From assembly GCA_013239625.1 (NCBI GenBank), contig MU053482.1:1-64000 (forward strand): a DNA stretch of 64,000 bases. The letters run 5' to 3'. The notes under the pieces were generated by a model. It was not told the origin of the DNA. It saw only the letters and a program-made list of their open reading frames with translations, and ran no database searches. Positions 13,601-26,803 of the stretch are shown here, one piece after another (position 1 is the first letter of the stretch; every line of letters begins with the position of its first letter). The position numbers and the translations under genes were made by a program. The DNA is from Lama guanicoe (taxonomy: Eukaryota).

Positions 13601-14119
13601 AAGAGAATTTCAACATTTTTTCTGAGTTTAACAGACATCTTTATATATTCACCATCAGGAATGACAAAAATCATTCAATTTGCTTTCCAGTCATCTCAGG
13701 ATCAGTCCTCTTCACAATAAAATACTAAGAGGGAAACTCAGGTAATAAAATATACGTAAAAGAAATGCAAAATTGTTTTGCCACAATCTCCATCCAAAAC
13801 ACACACGCACAGAGATTCATGAATTTATTATACATAAGTGCATTAATATACAAGTAGTTCTGTATATATCATGAACATATACACAATATATGTTATATGT
13901 ATTGAATATCTTTCAATATTTTTGGAATTTTATGATTATATGCTTAAACCATTATTTTATAAATTGAGATAAATGGAAAACAAATAATTCTTATGACTAT
14001 CAGAACTTTTGGTCAGAATCTACACCTAGGGGAAGATATTTAACTTTAATATTCATTGTTTTGTAATTTCATTCCTGTTGATAAATGTAAGTATAAAAAA
14101 GATGATAAATATAGAAATA

Positions 14120-14330
14120 ATTTCAAAAGTCCCAAAGGATCTCTAACCAGAGATCTCTGAGACATCAACTGTGGAGAGCCAGTCAGGTGTAAACACTCAA
14201 GTCTGGAGAATCCTCAGAGGATACAGAAATGCTATGTAGAGGTGGAACCTAGTCATTGTAGAATTCTTTGACACTCAGGAGTCTCAGTCATGTCCGTGAG
14301 TCTGCCCTTTGCCCACACTGAGGTGAGTTC
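14120..14330 (+). promoter_or_regulatory. Candidate OR52N2 promoter / first non-coding exon with 5' splice donor
   Basis: O/E(EBF)-like motifs (gtcccaaagga, tcctcagagga) and donor GAG|GTGAGT at 14323; a second donor AAG|GTAAGT at 16322; acceptor tttccttatccAG at 16706-16707. Confidence 0.35.
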
Positions 14331-14979
14331 CCAAAGACTTGCACTTTCCCCAAATGTAAAGTTTTTAGCACACGGAATGCAAGTTTGAGATGTGGTTATA
14401 TTTCTTCTTTACTCCAACCAGAATAGGTAATTATTTGTTTGGGAACTAAGAAAAGAAACAACATTCCTTTAATTGTGAAATAAATTTAAAACTACTTCAT
14501 AGTTCATTGAAGACAGAGAAGTCCAGACAACAGTGGGATCCAATAGGAAGAAAATGAAAGGTTTTGCCTTAATTAATAGAAATTTATACTCAGAACTGCT
14601 TCCAGTGGGAATGATCTTTGTGGACAACTGTCAAGTAACAGAAGGCTAGACTTGAATTCTAGAAGGAAGGCATTGAGGGGAATTCCTGAGAGATTTCCGT
14701 ATAGAAATCTTCTCACACAACTTCCCTAGCAAACAAGTTTCATACAGTGTCTATGTGGCTAAGTCCAGGAGTGGGAATCTGGCTATCTCACAGATAAGTT
14801 ATCTCTTTTGGATAGGTCCCTTACATAAAGACTAACTTTCTGCAACTATACCCATTTATTCTATCTCTTCCCTAAGATACAAAAAACAGCAAGCTTTTTT
14901 CCCTCTTCCTATGCCATGATAAATTGTTTAAGCTAGTTATGCCCAGTTTATGCACTTCCTCAAGATTAGAATCAGTAAG

Positions 14980-15170
14980 TTAAGGCAACAAATATAGGCT
15001 GATTAAGCACACAGCTTCAAAGTCAGACAAACTTGGATTTCAATCCTGGCTCTTTCCATTTTTAATTTTTGTTGACATACTTTTTACTTAGTTATCCTGA
15101 ACTTACATTTCTTCATATATAAAATGAGGATAGTAACATATATCCTTGGTGTTAAAATAAATTTGAATAT
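14980..15170 (+). mobile_element. MIR SINE fragment
   Basis: ...aagtcagacaaacttggatttcaatcctggctct...tttcttcatatataaaatgaggatagtaac resembles the MIR core. Confidence 0.65.
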
Positions 15171-16379
15171 AAAAATCAACCATTTGAATATTAGCTCCAT
15201 GAGTGAGAGGATTTTGTCTATTTGGCTCACTAATGTATCCCTAGAAACTAGAATGATATCAATACACCTATGTTAAATAAGTAACATACATTTTAGTATA
15301 TAACCTGGCAATTATCCATCATTACTATAATAAGTAATATACATTGATTACTTACTAGATGCCTGGCATCACTTAGAGGATTAACTCTCATTTAATCATC
15401 CAAAATCCTCTGTAATATGTACTGCTATCACTTCTCCTTCCTTAAAAGTCATGAAAATTGTAAAGAAAGATTTGATATTTATCCAAGTCCATCCAGCAAG
15501 TTAGTATTGGAAACTCATGGAGTCTAAGTGCCCACATCTCTACAACTAAGCATGCAATAAAACTGATGTCATATTTTTAGAGAGCAAACACTCATCCATC
15601 TAATTTTCCTTCTTTTGAATATATTTTAAATTTAAAAATACCTCACCCAATAGCAGAATTCATGTGCATCTTTGAGAATCATCTCGCAGGGAGGGTGTGA
15701 AGAGAAATCTTACTGAAGGTAGGAGGAAAAGAACTGGCACTGACTTGAGTTGATCTGTTTGTTTATGATTTAATAAATGTGGATAGATTGTTTAGTTATA
15801 TAGTGTTGATGTCTGGAAGATCCTGAGAATTTTCCAAAATGGCTGATCAGTTTTAGTTTACAAGCCAGACGAGCAGAGTCAAAATTCTCTCTCCTCTGAT
15901 ATCCTAATATCTTGGTCTTCTCCATTCACTCTTGTGGATGGAGTGCCCTCTGGCTACCTCAGAAGGAGGCAGACATTAGAGGCAGCATCTCATGTGTGCC
16001 AGTACTCTTTGCAGAATTTCCAAGTGCCACATATTTACCTGTTAGCAGGAGCTCTGCAGGTATTTAGCTGGAAGAGATGTCCCGGGATTTTATTCCAGGG
16101 TTGAGACATTTTAATTTTTTTTTCTAAGATGTGAGTACATATTTTAATCTCTTGGAGTCCCTGGTAACTAGCACTTGCTTTCTAAAGTTCACTTCTTAAT
16201 CAACCAATATAATTTAGGTTTTCAAAATTTCATAATACCTCTCCCACCCTAACGTGCACAATGCCACTTAAGTTACAGCAGGGCTGAGCAGCTCCATTAG
16301 AATTTACATATATTAATCAAGGTAAGTTTCATCACATGGGATGTTCATACTGAGGTAATAAATGATAATAATAGTAATA

Positions 16380-16630
16380 ACAACAGTAGTATTACTGGTA
16401 ATATTTGTTGAGTGTTCACTATATTATGCACAGTTGTAGCACACTATATAAAATTATTTTGCTGAATAATACTGACAACTTTCTGAGCTTGGCACAATTA
16501 TTATCCTCATTTTATACTGAGAAGACAAGACATAAAATGGATAAACAGCTTGTCAGCATCACATACTAGGTAAGAACCAGAGATGGAATATGAATCTAGA
16601 TAATATGACTCCAAGGGAACTTAATCACTA
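16380..16630 (-). mobile_element. MIR SINE fragment
   Basis: Antisense MIR text: tatttgttgagtg..., ttattatcctcattttatactgagaag... Confidence 0.55.
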
Positions 16631-16757
16631 TTTCTCAATTTTGTCACTGTTGTTTCACATTTGGTTTCCAAACCCTCTACTCACTTCTGAGTCATTTCCT
16701 TATCCAGGAAACTATCACTTTTAAAGGATGTAAAATGCCCTTTTCCTGTCAGTCATT

Positions 16758-17720
16758 ATGTCTAGAGCCAACAGCTCCAGCCTAATGCCAGAATTCTTTA
16801 TCTTGAATGGTGTTCCTGGGCTGGAAGCCGCACACATCTGGATCTCCCTGCCATTCTGCTTCATGTACATCATTGCTGTTGTGGGGAACTGTGGGCTCAT
16901 CTACCTCATCAGCCAGGAGGAGGCCCTGCACCGGCCCATGTACTACTTTCTGGCCCTGCTCTCCTTCACAGATGTCACCCTGTGCACCACCACTGTACCC
17001 AATATGCTGTGCATATTCTGGTTCAGCCTCAAGGAGATTGACTTCAATGCCTGCCTGGCTCAGATGTTTTTTGTCCACATGTTGACTGGGATGGAGTCAG
17101 GGGTGCTCATGCTCATGGCCCTGGACCGCTACGTGGCCATCTGCTACCCCTTACGCTATGCCACCATCCTCACCAGCCCTGTCATTGCCAAAGCTGGTCT
17201 TGCCACTTTCCTGAGGGGTGTGATACTCATCATCCCATTCACGTTCCTTACCAAGCGCCTGCCCTACTGTCGAGGCAACCTCATTCCCCACACCTACTGT
17301 GACCACATGTCTGTGGCCAAAGTGTCCTGTGGCAATTTCAAGGTCAATGCTGTCTATGGTCTCTTGGCAGCCCTCCTGATTGGAGGCTTTGATATCTTCT
17401 GTATTTCTGTGTCTTACACTATGATCCTGTGGGCAGTGGTGAGCCTGTCATCTGCAGATGCTCGTCACAAAGCTTTCAGCACCTGTACATCACATATCTG
17501 TGCCATTGTGATCACCTATGTCCCAGCTTTTTTCACTTTTTTCACCCACCGTTTTGGAGGACACAATATCCCTCACCACATACACATCATTGTGGCCAAC
17601 CTTTACCTGCTACTGCCTCCTACAATGAACCCAATTGTTTATGGCATTAAGACCAAACAGATTCAGGAGGGTATGATCAAATTTTTACTTGGAGACAAGA
17701 TTGTGTCTCAAGACAAATGA
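16758..17720 (+). CDS. OR52N2: Olfactory receptor 52N2, intact, 320 aa
   Basis: All OR motifs intact. Close match throughout to my recollection of human OR52N2 (NSSSL, TDVTLCTT, KVSCGNFKVNA, KQIQEG-IKFLLGDK). Confidence 0.92.
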   Translation: MSRANSSSLMPEFFILNGVPGLEAAHIWISLPFCFMYIIAVVGNCGLIYLISQEEALHRPMYYFLALLSFTDVTLCTTTVPNMLCIFWFSLKEIDFNACLAQMFFVHMLTGMESGVLMLMALDRYVAICYPLRYATILTSPVIAKAGLATFLRGVILIIPFTFLTKRLPYCRGNLIPHTYCDHMSVAKVSCGNFKVNAVYGLLAALLIGGFDIFCISVSYTMILWAVVSLSSADARHKAFSTCTSHICAIVITYVPAFFTFFTHRFGGHNIPHHIHIIVANLYLLLPPTMNPIVYGIKTKQIQEGMIKFLLGDKIVSQDK

Positions 17721-19799
17721 ATCATAAAATAGATACATTGCTTGGGAGGTGGAGGGGGCAGGTAAGAATAAAAAAGAAGTTTGTAAAACATGTAAGTAAA
17801 TTTGTAAACAGAATACATTTGTAAAGATGTGAGATGTTTGTTAAAAATGGTATTAAAAACATGAGTCCTCTAATATGTAGATTCTGGAACCCTTTTCAAG
17901 AATATATTATTAATGTTTCTTCTGTGTAAAGTTTTGCCAAAGAAGATAATGCAGCGTAAAGAAGTAACATACTCATTTCTTATAGATTTTATGTTTTACA
18001 TAAGGGTTTATAGATTCATGTCTAGCGTGAACAGACAGGTAACAAAATGAGAGATGCCAGCCTAGTGTCAATGTACGCATTGTGTTTAAGAACAGGAGGC
18101 TGTGGTGATGTGGAGCAAGCACGTCCTCTCCATAAAGGACAAATTCTACTCATATCAAAAACATTGCCATAAGGGTAATGTGGGCTTTGTGTTACAGTAT
18201 TTTCCACTATTTTTTAAGGCAAGCTAAATTTGTATGTTTTGTGAAATCTCCCAATTTTAACTATTGGTTAAATATTTTTAAATACTCTTTATTTCATTTT
18301 AGACATGTCTAAGAGTTCTGTTTTTTCCATTTCATTAGTCTGGGACTCCTGTTTAAAATGCACATAAAATATAGTTGTGATATTATCAGTCAAGCAGGCA
18401 AATGCATTGATTAAATTGCTAGCATATGTCATAATTCATTCACTCATTTACTCATCATTTATTTTTTCAGATACTTATTTAGGTTATATTATTGGTCATA
18501 TCTTGGGTTTAATGAAAGAGAAGCAGAATTAAGTATAATCCAGTCCCTGGCCTCAAGGTCCTCAGAATTTAGAATCTAACCAAGATCACAAAAGGAAATA
18601 AATATTAGAGAAAGAAGAGAGATGATAAATAGATTCAGTATGAAGGAGCAAAAAGTTAATGGGAAGGAGTTGGGGAAAACATGAATTGTGGACTTATGTA
18701 GTTCCAAAGCTTAAATTTTGTGTCTTAATTTCTAGCTACTAGGCTTAGACAAACTAATCTCTTAGCATAATTCCTGACATATACTAACCACTTAATATAT
18801 TATAGCTAATATTATTATTATTATTATAACCTATAAGTTTCAACTCTGATTCATTTTGAACACCATAGTTCAAGGAGAAATGTTTTCAGTTTCACAGGCA
18901 GTACAAAATCAGTTTTATATGGGCAAGTTTTCATTGAGTTCTCACAAACATGTCATCAATATCAGTCAACAGTTTTTTTTTTTTTCCTGGACACCTCTCA
19001 TGCGATTGGCTTACATGTTATTTCCTGAAAAATATAAATGAATCCAAAAACACTAATGAATTTCTAGCCTTAGAAGAAGATATAAAATGCAATGGAATCA
19101 TTATTTTAAAATAACAAGGTAAGTGTACAAAAATAATTATTAAAATGAAAACTGAATGATTATTAATAGCCATTGGAAGTGATAAGGAAAGATTTTACAT
19201 AAAAGGTAGTATATAAGATAAATCTTGATATGTGTTTAAGTATTTTAAGAGGAAGCAGATGGAAATTTTTTTTTAATGAAACAATATATTCAAACTATTG
19301 AGGCTAAACAAAGAATAGGAAGTTTTGGCCTACAAATGTTTTAGGATGATCAGAGGTAAAAGAGAAAGGAGGAGAAGAAAAAGACATGGCTACAAGGACA
19401 GATAGAAGCCCTATCAGGAGGTGCCCTGTCTGTGTTTTGGCATGACCTCCATGCATGCCAAATACTGCTCTTCAACTTTAAGAGATACTAAGTGTCTCAG
19501 AATTACCCTTGAGCCTAAAGTAGCCACAGCCCGATTTGTTTCCTTCCTAGAAAGCTCATTGCTTCTGCATAATCTGTCTCTTAAATCTGGCTCTCCCTCC
19601 TTTATCCTCCTCCAACTTTCTTCTCCTTCTATAGCAACTTCATTTTCTCAGTTTCTACTCACTCCCATGGTTCCCCACCCCAGCTTCCCAGCATTCAAAT
19701 CATTCTTGTAGAGTGGAGATTCCTCATGTCCTTCCATAGTTACTCTCTTTCAAAAGTTGACTGTTTTTCCCTCACAGAAAAGGGTTTCTAGAAAAATAA

Positions 19800-20030
19800 C
19801 AATAATAATAAAACAACCACCAAAAACAGCATTTCTTTTCCAAGGACTTTTCCAGGGCTTCTATACTCATTTCATCCTAAAAACAATGGAGGATAATACT
19901 ATTTCATGCCCAGTAGACAAGCAAACTGAGGCACAGAGAGACGAATAACTAAGTGAAAGTCACATAGCCAGAAAGTTATAGAGTATGGATTTAAACCTAG
20001 ACCATTTGGTTCCAAAATCTTTTATTTTAA
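19800..20030 (-). mobile_element. MIR SINE fragment
   Basis: gcaaactgaggcacagagag...aagtcacatagcc...ggatttaaacctag. Confidence 0.6.
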
Positions 20031-20031
20031 T

Positions 20032-21585
20032 GTGTCGATAAAAACAGTTAATCAATAGTCAATCTAAGAAAAACTGACACAACACTGTAAACTGACTATA
20101 CTTCAATTTAAAAAAATCTAAAAAAAAAATAATAATCTAAGAAAGAAATGGAAAATTTTATTTGAGCCAACCTAAGGATTATAACCCCTAACCTGGGAGA
20201 AGCAAGGCCATAAGTGTGTTCCATAAATCTACTGGGTCCCAGTAGGAGCTACCCAGATTTTTCCTGGTTGTCCCAGTCAATCAGTTCCAAAACAATCACT
20301 GGTTCTCAAGGTAATGATACATTGATGTTGTTCATCATATGAGTGCATAAGGCACTCATCTCAATTTCCTAGTGCTATTAGGCTGATTATCGTTAGTCTG
20401 ATTTAACTGTTCCCAGCATAAGGGTCACTATACTAGAAAGACCATAGCCTGGTGTTAATTATGTAAATTCATCCCATAATTGAGGGAGAGTCCCTCCTAA
20501 TAATTGGGAAATTATATTCTTTGAAATTTAGCTCTTTGCTCTGATGGAGCATGTGTAACTTTAAATAAAATTCATATTAACAGCCATGGTCAGAACAAGT
20601 ATAATTGATTGGCCAAGCGAAGTGGTCCCATCTAATAATATGAATAGCTATTGGCCAGAACAGAACTGTAACTTCTTTCTTTTAAAGTAAATTCCTAAGG
20701 GCCATCCAGTTAGAGCCATGGAAAGGAGAAATCCACCAAGGTAACCTAGGAGTACTGGACTTAGATAATTGGACTGACTTTTGATACTTGCATATGATTG
20801 AGCCCATGAAAGAAACATATTTGTTTCAAGCAAAAGTCATCAAGATAACCAGTATACAGGGTGCCATATTGGGTGAGCTGTCTACTTCAGATGCTGTCTT
20901 CTTCTCATCCAGGAGTTGCAGTCCATTCAGGAGAATAGGCTTGATATGACCCCTTCCAGGATGGCTGTAAAGAGTCCTTATCTGCTGTCTTTTCTAATGT
21001 GCATAATCTTCTAGTTTCAGGTTCTGGGGCTTCTGATCTTCATCTAAAGATAGATTACTGTGATGAGCCATTAAGGCTGCTGGGAACCCTGTGTAAGCAG
21101 GGTACAAGGTTGTTTTTCCAAGGGGCTTCATAGTTTCATAAATTTACCTTAGTTTTTTAAGGCTGTTTGATCCTATCTGATTCTACCTATGTTCACAAAT
21201 ATAATATTCCAATCAAAGCCATGGTAATATAACCAATGTTTCCAACTATGTCCTAATATAAGAACAGACTATTATTGAACTCATGCAAATAACTATATTG
21301 CCATAAAAATAAGAATGTTCACTAAGAGTTTCCAAATTCTGGCAAGAACAGAGAGAAAAGACAAATGTTTCAATTCTGCTTACAAAAGTATAATTTACCA
21401 AATTGCTGTAAGTCATAATTAGTTTAAGGGAAAAGATTTTGTTATATATGGAAAACAAAGATTAAAAGCCAGTAATACTTCAGATAAAAACATTAAAATT
21501 ATAACTATCTTCATCAGTTCATTCAGTCCTATGTTCACTCAGTTCACTCAGTCCTATGTAACTAATTCTTGGTCTTAATCTTTTA
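20032..21585 (-). mobile_element. ERV1-class (MER4-like) remnant: LTR end plus internal sequence
   Basis: TG-starting LTR-like end at about 20032; minus-strand integrase C-terminal relic DSLQPSWKGSYQ near 20940-20980; MER4-int-like AT-rich text at 21130-21580. Confidence 0.6.
20072..20133 (+). mobile_element. Extremely 5'-truncated LINE-1 with A-tail and 11-bp target site duplication
   Basis: aactgacacaacactgtaaactgactatacttcaattt plus A-rich tail, flanked by aatctaagaaa at 20061-20071 and 20134-20144. Confidence 0.85.
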
Positions 21586-21589
21586 ACAT

Positions 21590-22488
21590 TTTTATCCCAT
21601 TTGATAGGTTGTCTTTTTGTTTTGTTGATAGTTTCCTTTGTTGTGCAAAAACTTTTAAGTTTAATTAGGTCCTGTTTGCTTATTTTTACTTTTATTTTCT
21701 TTGCTTTTGGAGACAGATAAAAGAAAATATTGCTATGATTTACGTCAAAGACTGTTCTGCTATGTTTTCTCTAAGAGTTTCATGGTTTCTGGTCTTACAT
21801 TTAAGTCTGTAATCCATTTTGAGTTTATTTTTGTATATGGTGTTAGAGAATCTTCTAATTTCATTCTTTTAAATGTAGCTGTCTCATTTCTCTAGCACCA
21901 CTTATTGAAGAGAATCTGTTGCATTCCTATACACTAGCAATGAGCTAGCAGAAAAGAAATTAAAGAAACAATTCCATTTACCATCCAATCAAAAAGAATA
22001 AAATACCTAGGAATAAAGCTACCTAAAGAGGTAAAAGATCTGTACTCAGAAAACTATGACAGTGATAAAAGAAACCGAAGATAACATAAACAGATAGAAA
22101 GATATACCATGTTCTTGGATTGGAAGAACCAATATTGTTAAAATGGCCATACTACCTAGGGTATTCTACAGATTCAATGAAATCTCTACCAAAATACCAA
22201 TGGAATTTTTCACAGAACTGGAACAAAGAACTTTAAAATTTATATGGAAATACAAAAGACCCTGAATAGCCAAAACAATCTTGAGAAAGAACAGAGCTGG
22301 AAAAATCATGCTCCCTGACTTTAGACAAAGCTACAAAGCTATGGTAATCAAAATAGTAATGTACTGGCACAAAAACAGACACATAGATCAATAGAACAGA
22401 ACAGAGAGCCAAGAAACAAACCCACATACTCATGGTTAATTAATCTACATCAAAGGAGGCAAGGGTATACAATGGAGAAAAGACAGTC
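21590..22488 (-). mobile_element. LINE-1 ORF2 fragment with 5' inversion (21590-21913 minus; 21914-22488 plus)
   Basis: Both halves are L1 ORF2 sequence. The plus piece ends ...gaaaagacagtc and the minus piece, read in sense, starts tctcttcaataagtggtgc, which are adjacent in recalled L1 ORF2. Confidence 0.85.
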
Positions 22489-22489
22489 C

Positions 22490-22677
22490 CTACTCCATTC
22501 TTTAGCTCAAGATTGTCTATAAGCCTTAATTGTCTGACTACATTTGGGTTTCGTATTTTTATAAGGCTCTCATACATAAAAATTTTGTTTTTCTCCTATC
22601 AATCTATCTTACATCAATTTAATTATTATAGCAGCCAAAGAACCTAGAAGGGAAGAAGGAAAGTGTTGCCCCTACAA
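22490..22677 (+). mobile_element. ERV1-type LTR 3' part
   Basis: Ends ...gaacctagaagggaagaaggaaagtgttgcccctaCA, a typical LTR terminus. Confidence 0.55.
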
Positions 22678-23166
22678 CTCATCTGTCCATTTGCTCCACA
22701 AACATATGTTGTGCACCTTCTAGATACCAGATACTGTTACAAGCAGCAAGGTATTTCAGCGAACAGAACAGAGTCCTACTCATGCAAATTGCTTACTACA
22801 GGCTTACTACTCTTCTCCATGATGAGGTTTTTGAGCTCAATGAGGTTTTTATTTTTCTCTTTAATAGTCAAGCACTTACTTCCTTGATTTAGGCAAATTC
22901 TCATTCTAAGTTATTCATTGCCTTATTTTTGTATTAGCAAGGACTAGGCATAACTTATACAACTATTAACTGAAGACTATTTGAAATAAACTACACATCA
23001 ATAAAATTCAAAATTATAAAGCATTAGATGTTAATAAAGAAAAAGCATAGATTATTTTTCAAAGAACAGAATAAATACTGATACTAGATTAACATCTAAA
23101 GAAAGGAAATGAAGAATCAGGATTCCAAAATTAGAGGGGATTTTTTTTCTACATAGGTCTTCGAAC

Positions 23167-23690
23167 CAGAGGTTGGCAACATTTTCTATAAACAGCAAGA
23201 CAGTAAATAATTTAGGTTCTGCAAGCCAAGATGTAAGAGTGAGGATAATATGTAGTTATCTATACAAAAGATTTATACAAAAGAAAAGCAAATTTCTACG
23301 ATTTTTATTGACAACATTCAAAATATAGTAAAAATTATTTAGCACATTTTGCTGGTAATACAGATCTACTAGTGAGAGAATTCTCATTTTGTGATGACAT
23401 TGCACTTAAGTGGGGCTCAAAATTTCTGTCCCCCCTCATCAAAATTGATTTCAAATGTTCATCAGTTAATGCTGATCTGTAATGAGATTTGAAAAACCCT
23501 TTCTACATAGATAGGTACTATCAAATACTGATATCAATTCCTTAGCAAGCAATTTTAATTGAGTATATTCATCACCTGGAAAGGCACTTACAGAATCAGA
23601 CTGAAGTTTTATCTTGATATTTCCCTTTTAGCAATTTTATTATATTGGAGGTTGATCACTTCCAATGGAATATTAGGTGTTACTTTAACT
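23167..23690 (+). mobile_element. hAT-Charlie (MER58-like) DNA transposon remnant
   Basis: cagaggttggcaacattttctataaacagcaagacagtaaataatttagg resembles the MER58/Charlie terminus; right boundary uncertain. Confidence 0.5.
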
Positions 23691-25294
23691 TAACTCCTTC
23701 TCCCAGTTTTAGAAAGCCCTCTTCTACCCTCAGAAATCAGCAAGTCTCCTGCCCCGTCTGTGTCTTGCAATTTTTTAAAGTACTACTGTCTTTAAAATCC
23801 ATCTATTTCCCATCCCACTTCTGCTTCTAGCTATAATGAGGAGTTTGTGGTTCTGTAATGGAAAAGAAAATATGTGTGAGAGAGACATTGTCTATTATAG
23901 GCAGCATTTTGTATCTCTCAACCAAAATATTAAGAAAACATATTGTGTATAATAGAATAGTTATTCCATATTTTTAAAGTGTTGTGATTATTCACTCCTT
24001 CCTAACCCAGTGATTTCACTCACAATTCTCTGTAAACATGGGTGAGGATGTTAATTCTGCCATATAATTATTAAAGCACATGCATTTCTCAAACTTTATC
24101 CCATGTGCATTCATTTCCTTCAGGGTCACAAAATGTGATTTATCTGTGACAAGATTTGGGAATTTCAGTACCCAATTATAATTCTCCTTTCTCCTGCTTA
24201 GTGATATAAATTTCAAAAATTAGGATTTTTTATTAACCAGCCAGTCCTCTATCTATCAGGCTATCCTTATACAGTGATGCTAGTATTCCTATATTATGCC
24301 TTTTACCCTAAGACAGAGTTCTGAAACCTAGAGCTTATTGATTTGCACTGAGTTGAAGATTGACTATTCTCCAATGATTCCATGCAGTCAAATAACTTGG
24401 AATCCTATGAGGAAAATGGTGTGATCAGAGGGGAGCTGGAGTCCCTGGAGCTGTAAACTCAGAGTCTAAAATACTGAAATGCTATCAGTTCTACATTTGC
24501 CTCTATGGAACTAGAATAGAAGCAGTGGCACTGGAGAGTGTAAAATAGTTGTATGTTGTGATCACATAACAGATAAAGAATTAGAGTTCTGTTTGGAGAC
24601 AGAAGCTGGAAACTGGTAAGTAATTTCCTGGTTAGGGTGAGAAAACAAAGGAAGAAGATGTGGCAATATAGCAAGGCCCTAGAAAAGGAAACTAATGTAC
24701 TATTTGATTAGCTTTTTCACGTATTATTCTTAAAAGAATCTCCTACTCCTTCTATCTTGAGTTTTCTGCTGTTTGTGGCTGAAAAAAAGAAATAGAACAC
24801 ATTTGAGGTTATGTGTAAATAGGATGGCCAATATCCTTGGTACTTTACTCAAGATTCCTGGAAACAGTTTACCCTGGGAAGCTAAAATTAGATGACTAAC
24901 TGAGACCATAGAAGAAGAATATTGATGAGTAACTTCTGGATGGTGTATATATCACTGTCATTGGATTCCCAGCCAGTGTTCATTGTTTACACTTTTGGTG
25001 TACAAATAATTATGCCAGATCTACCGAAGCAGATTTATCAATTGGAGACTCTTTCTTCAATATCATACATTGTTACACTGCCCATGAAAAAGGAAATAAA
25101 TATAGATGTAGACTGAGAAGGACTGGGGACTGAAAATAGGAGTGGATGCGGAGACTGTAATTCATTCAAAGGTTATTTAGTGGTCAACATGTTGCTACAT
25201 TCAATAATAAGTCTTGGGGACAGATTTAAAGGGCTCAAATACATTTAGGTTCTTTAACAATACTGGAAGCGCAACGTAAATCTGGAGAGTAAGG

Positions 25295-26075
25295 TGTTAG
25301 CAGACCAAAGTCAGATCTGCTTGCCTGACACTCAGCAAAGTCAATCTGTTTACACTGGGTTATGGTGAAGGAAAGTACAGTGTTTACTGCAGAGTGCCAA
25401 GCAAGGAGAATAGGAAGGCCATGCTCAAAAGACCCAAATGTCCTGATGACTTTCAGGCAAGAGTTTTTAAAGACAGTGTTGAGGGGAAGATTGTAGGATG
25501 TTAGATCAACTTATGGACATTTTCTGATTGGTTGGTGGTGAGGTAGCAGAGTGGTGTTTCAGGAATCTCGATCATCAGTCTTCTGACTCCAACCAGTCTA
25601 GAGTCTATGTGTTTGAGGTGAGCAATTTTCACCTGGTGAGAATCTAGTTTTTGTAAAAATAACCTAAGAATGTGCATCAGACATTGTTATCTGCTTTCTT
25701 CAAGGAGAACTAGGTTCTTATGACCTTATCCCACAGTTTGACATATTGCTTAAGTTATTATCTCCTTCCTTGTTTGACTGAATCTTCTTTGTTCCAATTT
25801 TTGCTCCTTCTTATATTAACTGCTCAAGCCTGTTTTGGGGAACTTAGGGAGGCCTAGGAGACTAAACTTCTTCTACAAACAAGAGGTGGAGGACACAAAG
25901 AGATATGTGTCTGAGAGGCCCTTCAGGGTCCTGCTTGGTTTTAATTCCCCCTTCTCTTTGATACTCCTCAGTCTTGAGGGGAACAGAGGTGGTACAAGAA
26001 AGGGAATAAAGTTTTGGATAGAGAGGTTAATCATTAGCTCAGCAGGGGAACTCAGTTTTAAGGGGAATTAGTTTT
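25295..26075 (-). mobile_element. ERV1-type 3' LTR with polypurine tract and short internal remnant
   Basis: LTR from TGTTAG at 25295 to about 25943, immediately followed by ttcccccttctcttt (minus-strand PPT aaagagaaggggg). Confidence 0.7.
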
Positions 26076-26527
26076 AAAGTTAAAGAGACTAACAGCAACC
26101 TGAAGGAGCAACGTGGCTCCTGATACGGTACCAGTAAATTTGTGGTTTAGTTCCACTTGTTAGCCACTTAAAGATATTAGTGATTATCCTTAAGTAATTA
26201 GTTCATTTTCAGTATCTACTGCAGATGGAGCTCTCTAAATTATAAAGATTATAAAGAGGGGAATACCAATTGACAGTGTTTTGAAATCTCGTATCTCATA
26301 ACCTGAAGAATAATTGATAATCATGCTAGTAAGCAGATTTCCTTACCCATAACCACATTCAGAACTAGAAAAATTCTTATAACCCATTTAAAAATCTGCT
26401 AGTAAAAGTGTTTTTAACCATCTTAATGCTCACTAGTTAATACATTCTCATTGGTCAAAGAATGCAATAATGATTAGTTAGGAACATAGAATTTGAGATC
26501 TTAAAGAGAATAAGTGGGGAAAAATTT

Positions 26528-26575
26528 TATATATATATATATGTATATATATGCATATACATATACATATATATA
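26528..26575 (+). repeat. (AT)n-like microsatellite
   Basis: tatatatatatatatgtatatatatgcatatacatatacatatatata. Confidence 0.9.
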
Positions 26576-26803
26576 GTCTTAGTGGTAAACAGCCAAGAAT
26601 CCTGGCTTCAAGATTTAGTCAATGATATCTCACTAACATCAGCTTCTTATATGTAATATAATAATGTATATCTGTGATAGCTGAGATGATTTATGCAAAA
26701 AAGTTAAAATAATAACTAATGCACTAATATACATTTTCCTAAGCTCTTTCTTTTCAGAGAAGCATCAAAGTTGAAGAATGTAACTTACCCTCCACTGGCC
26801 ATC

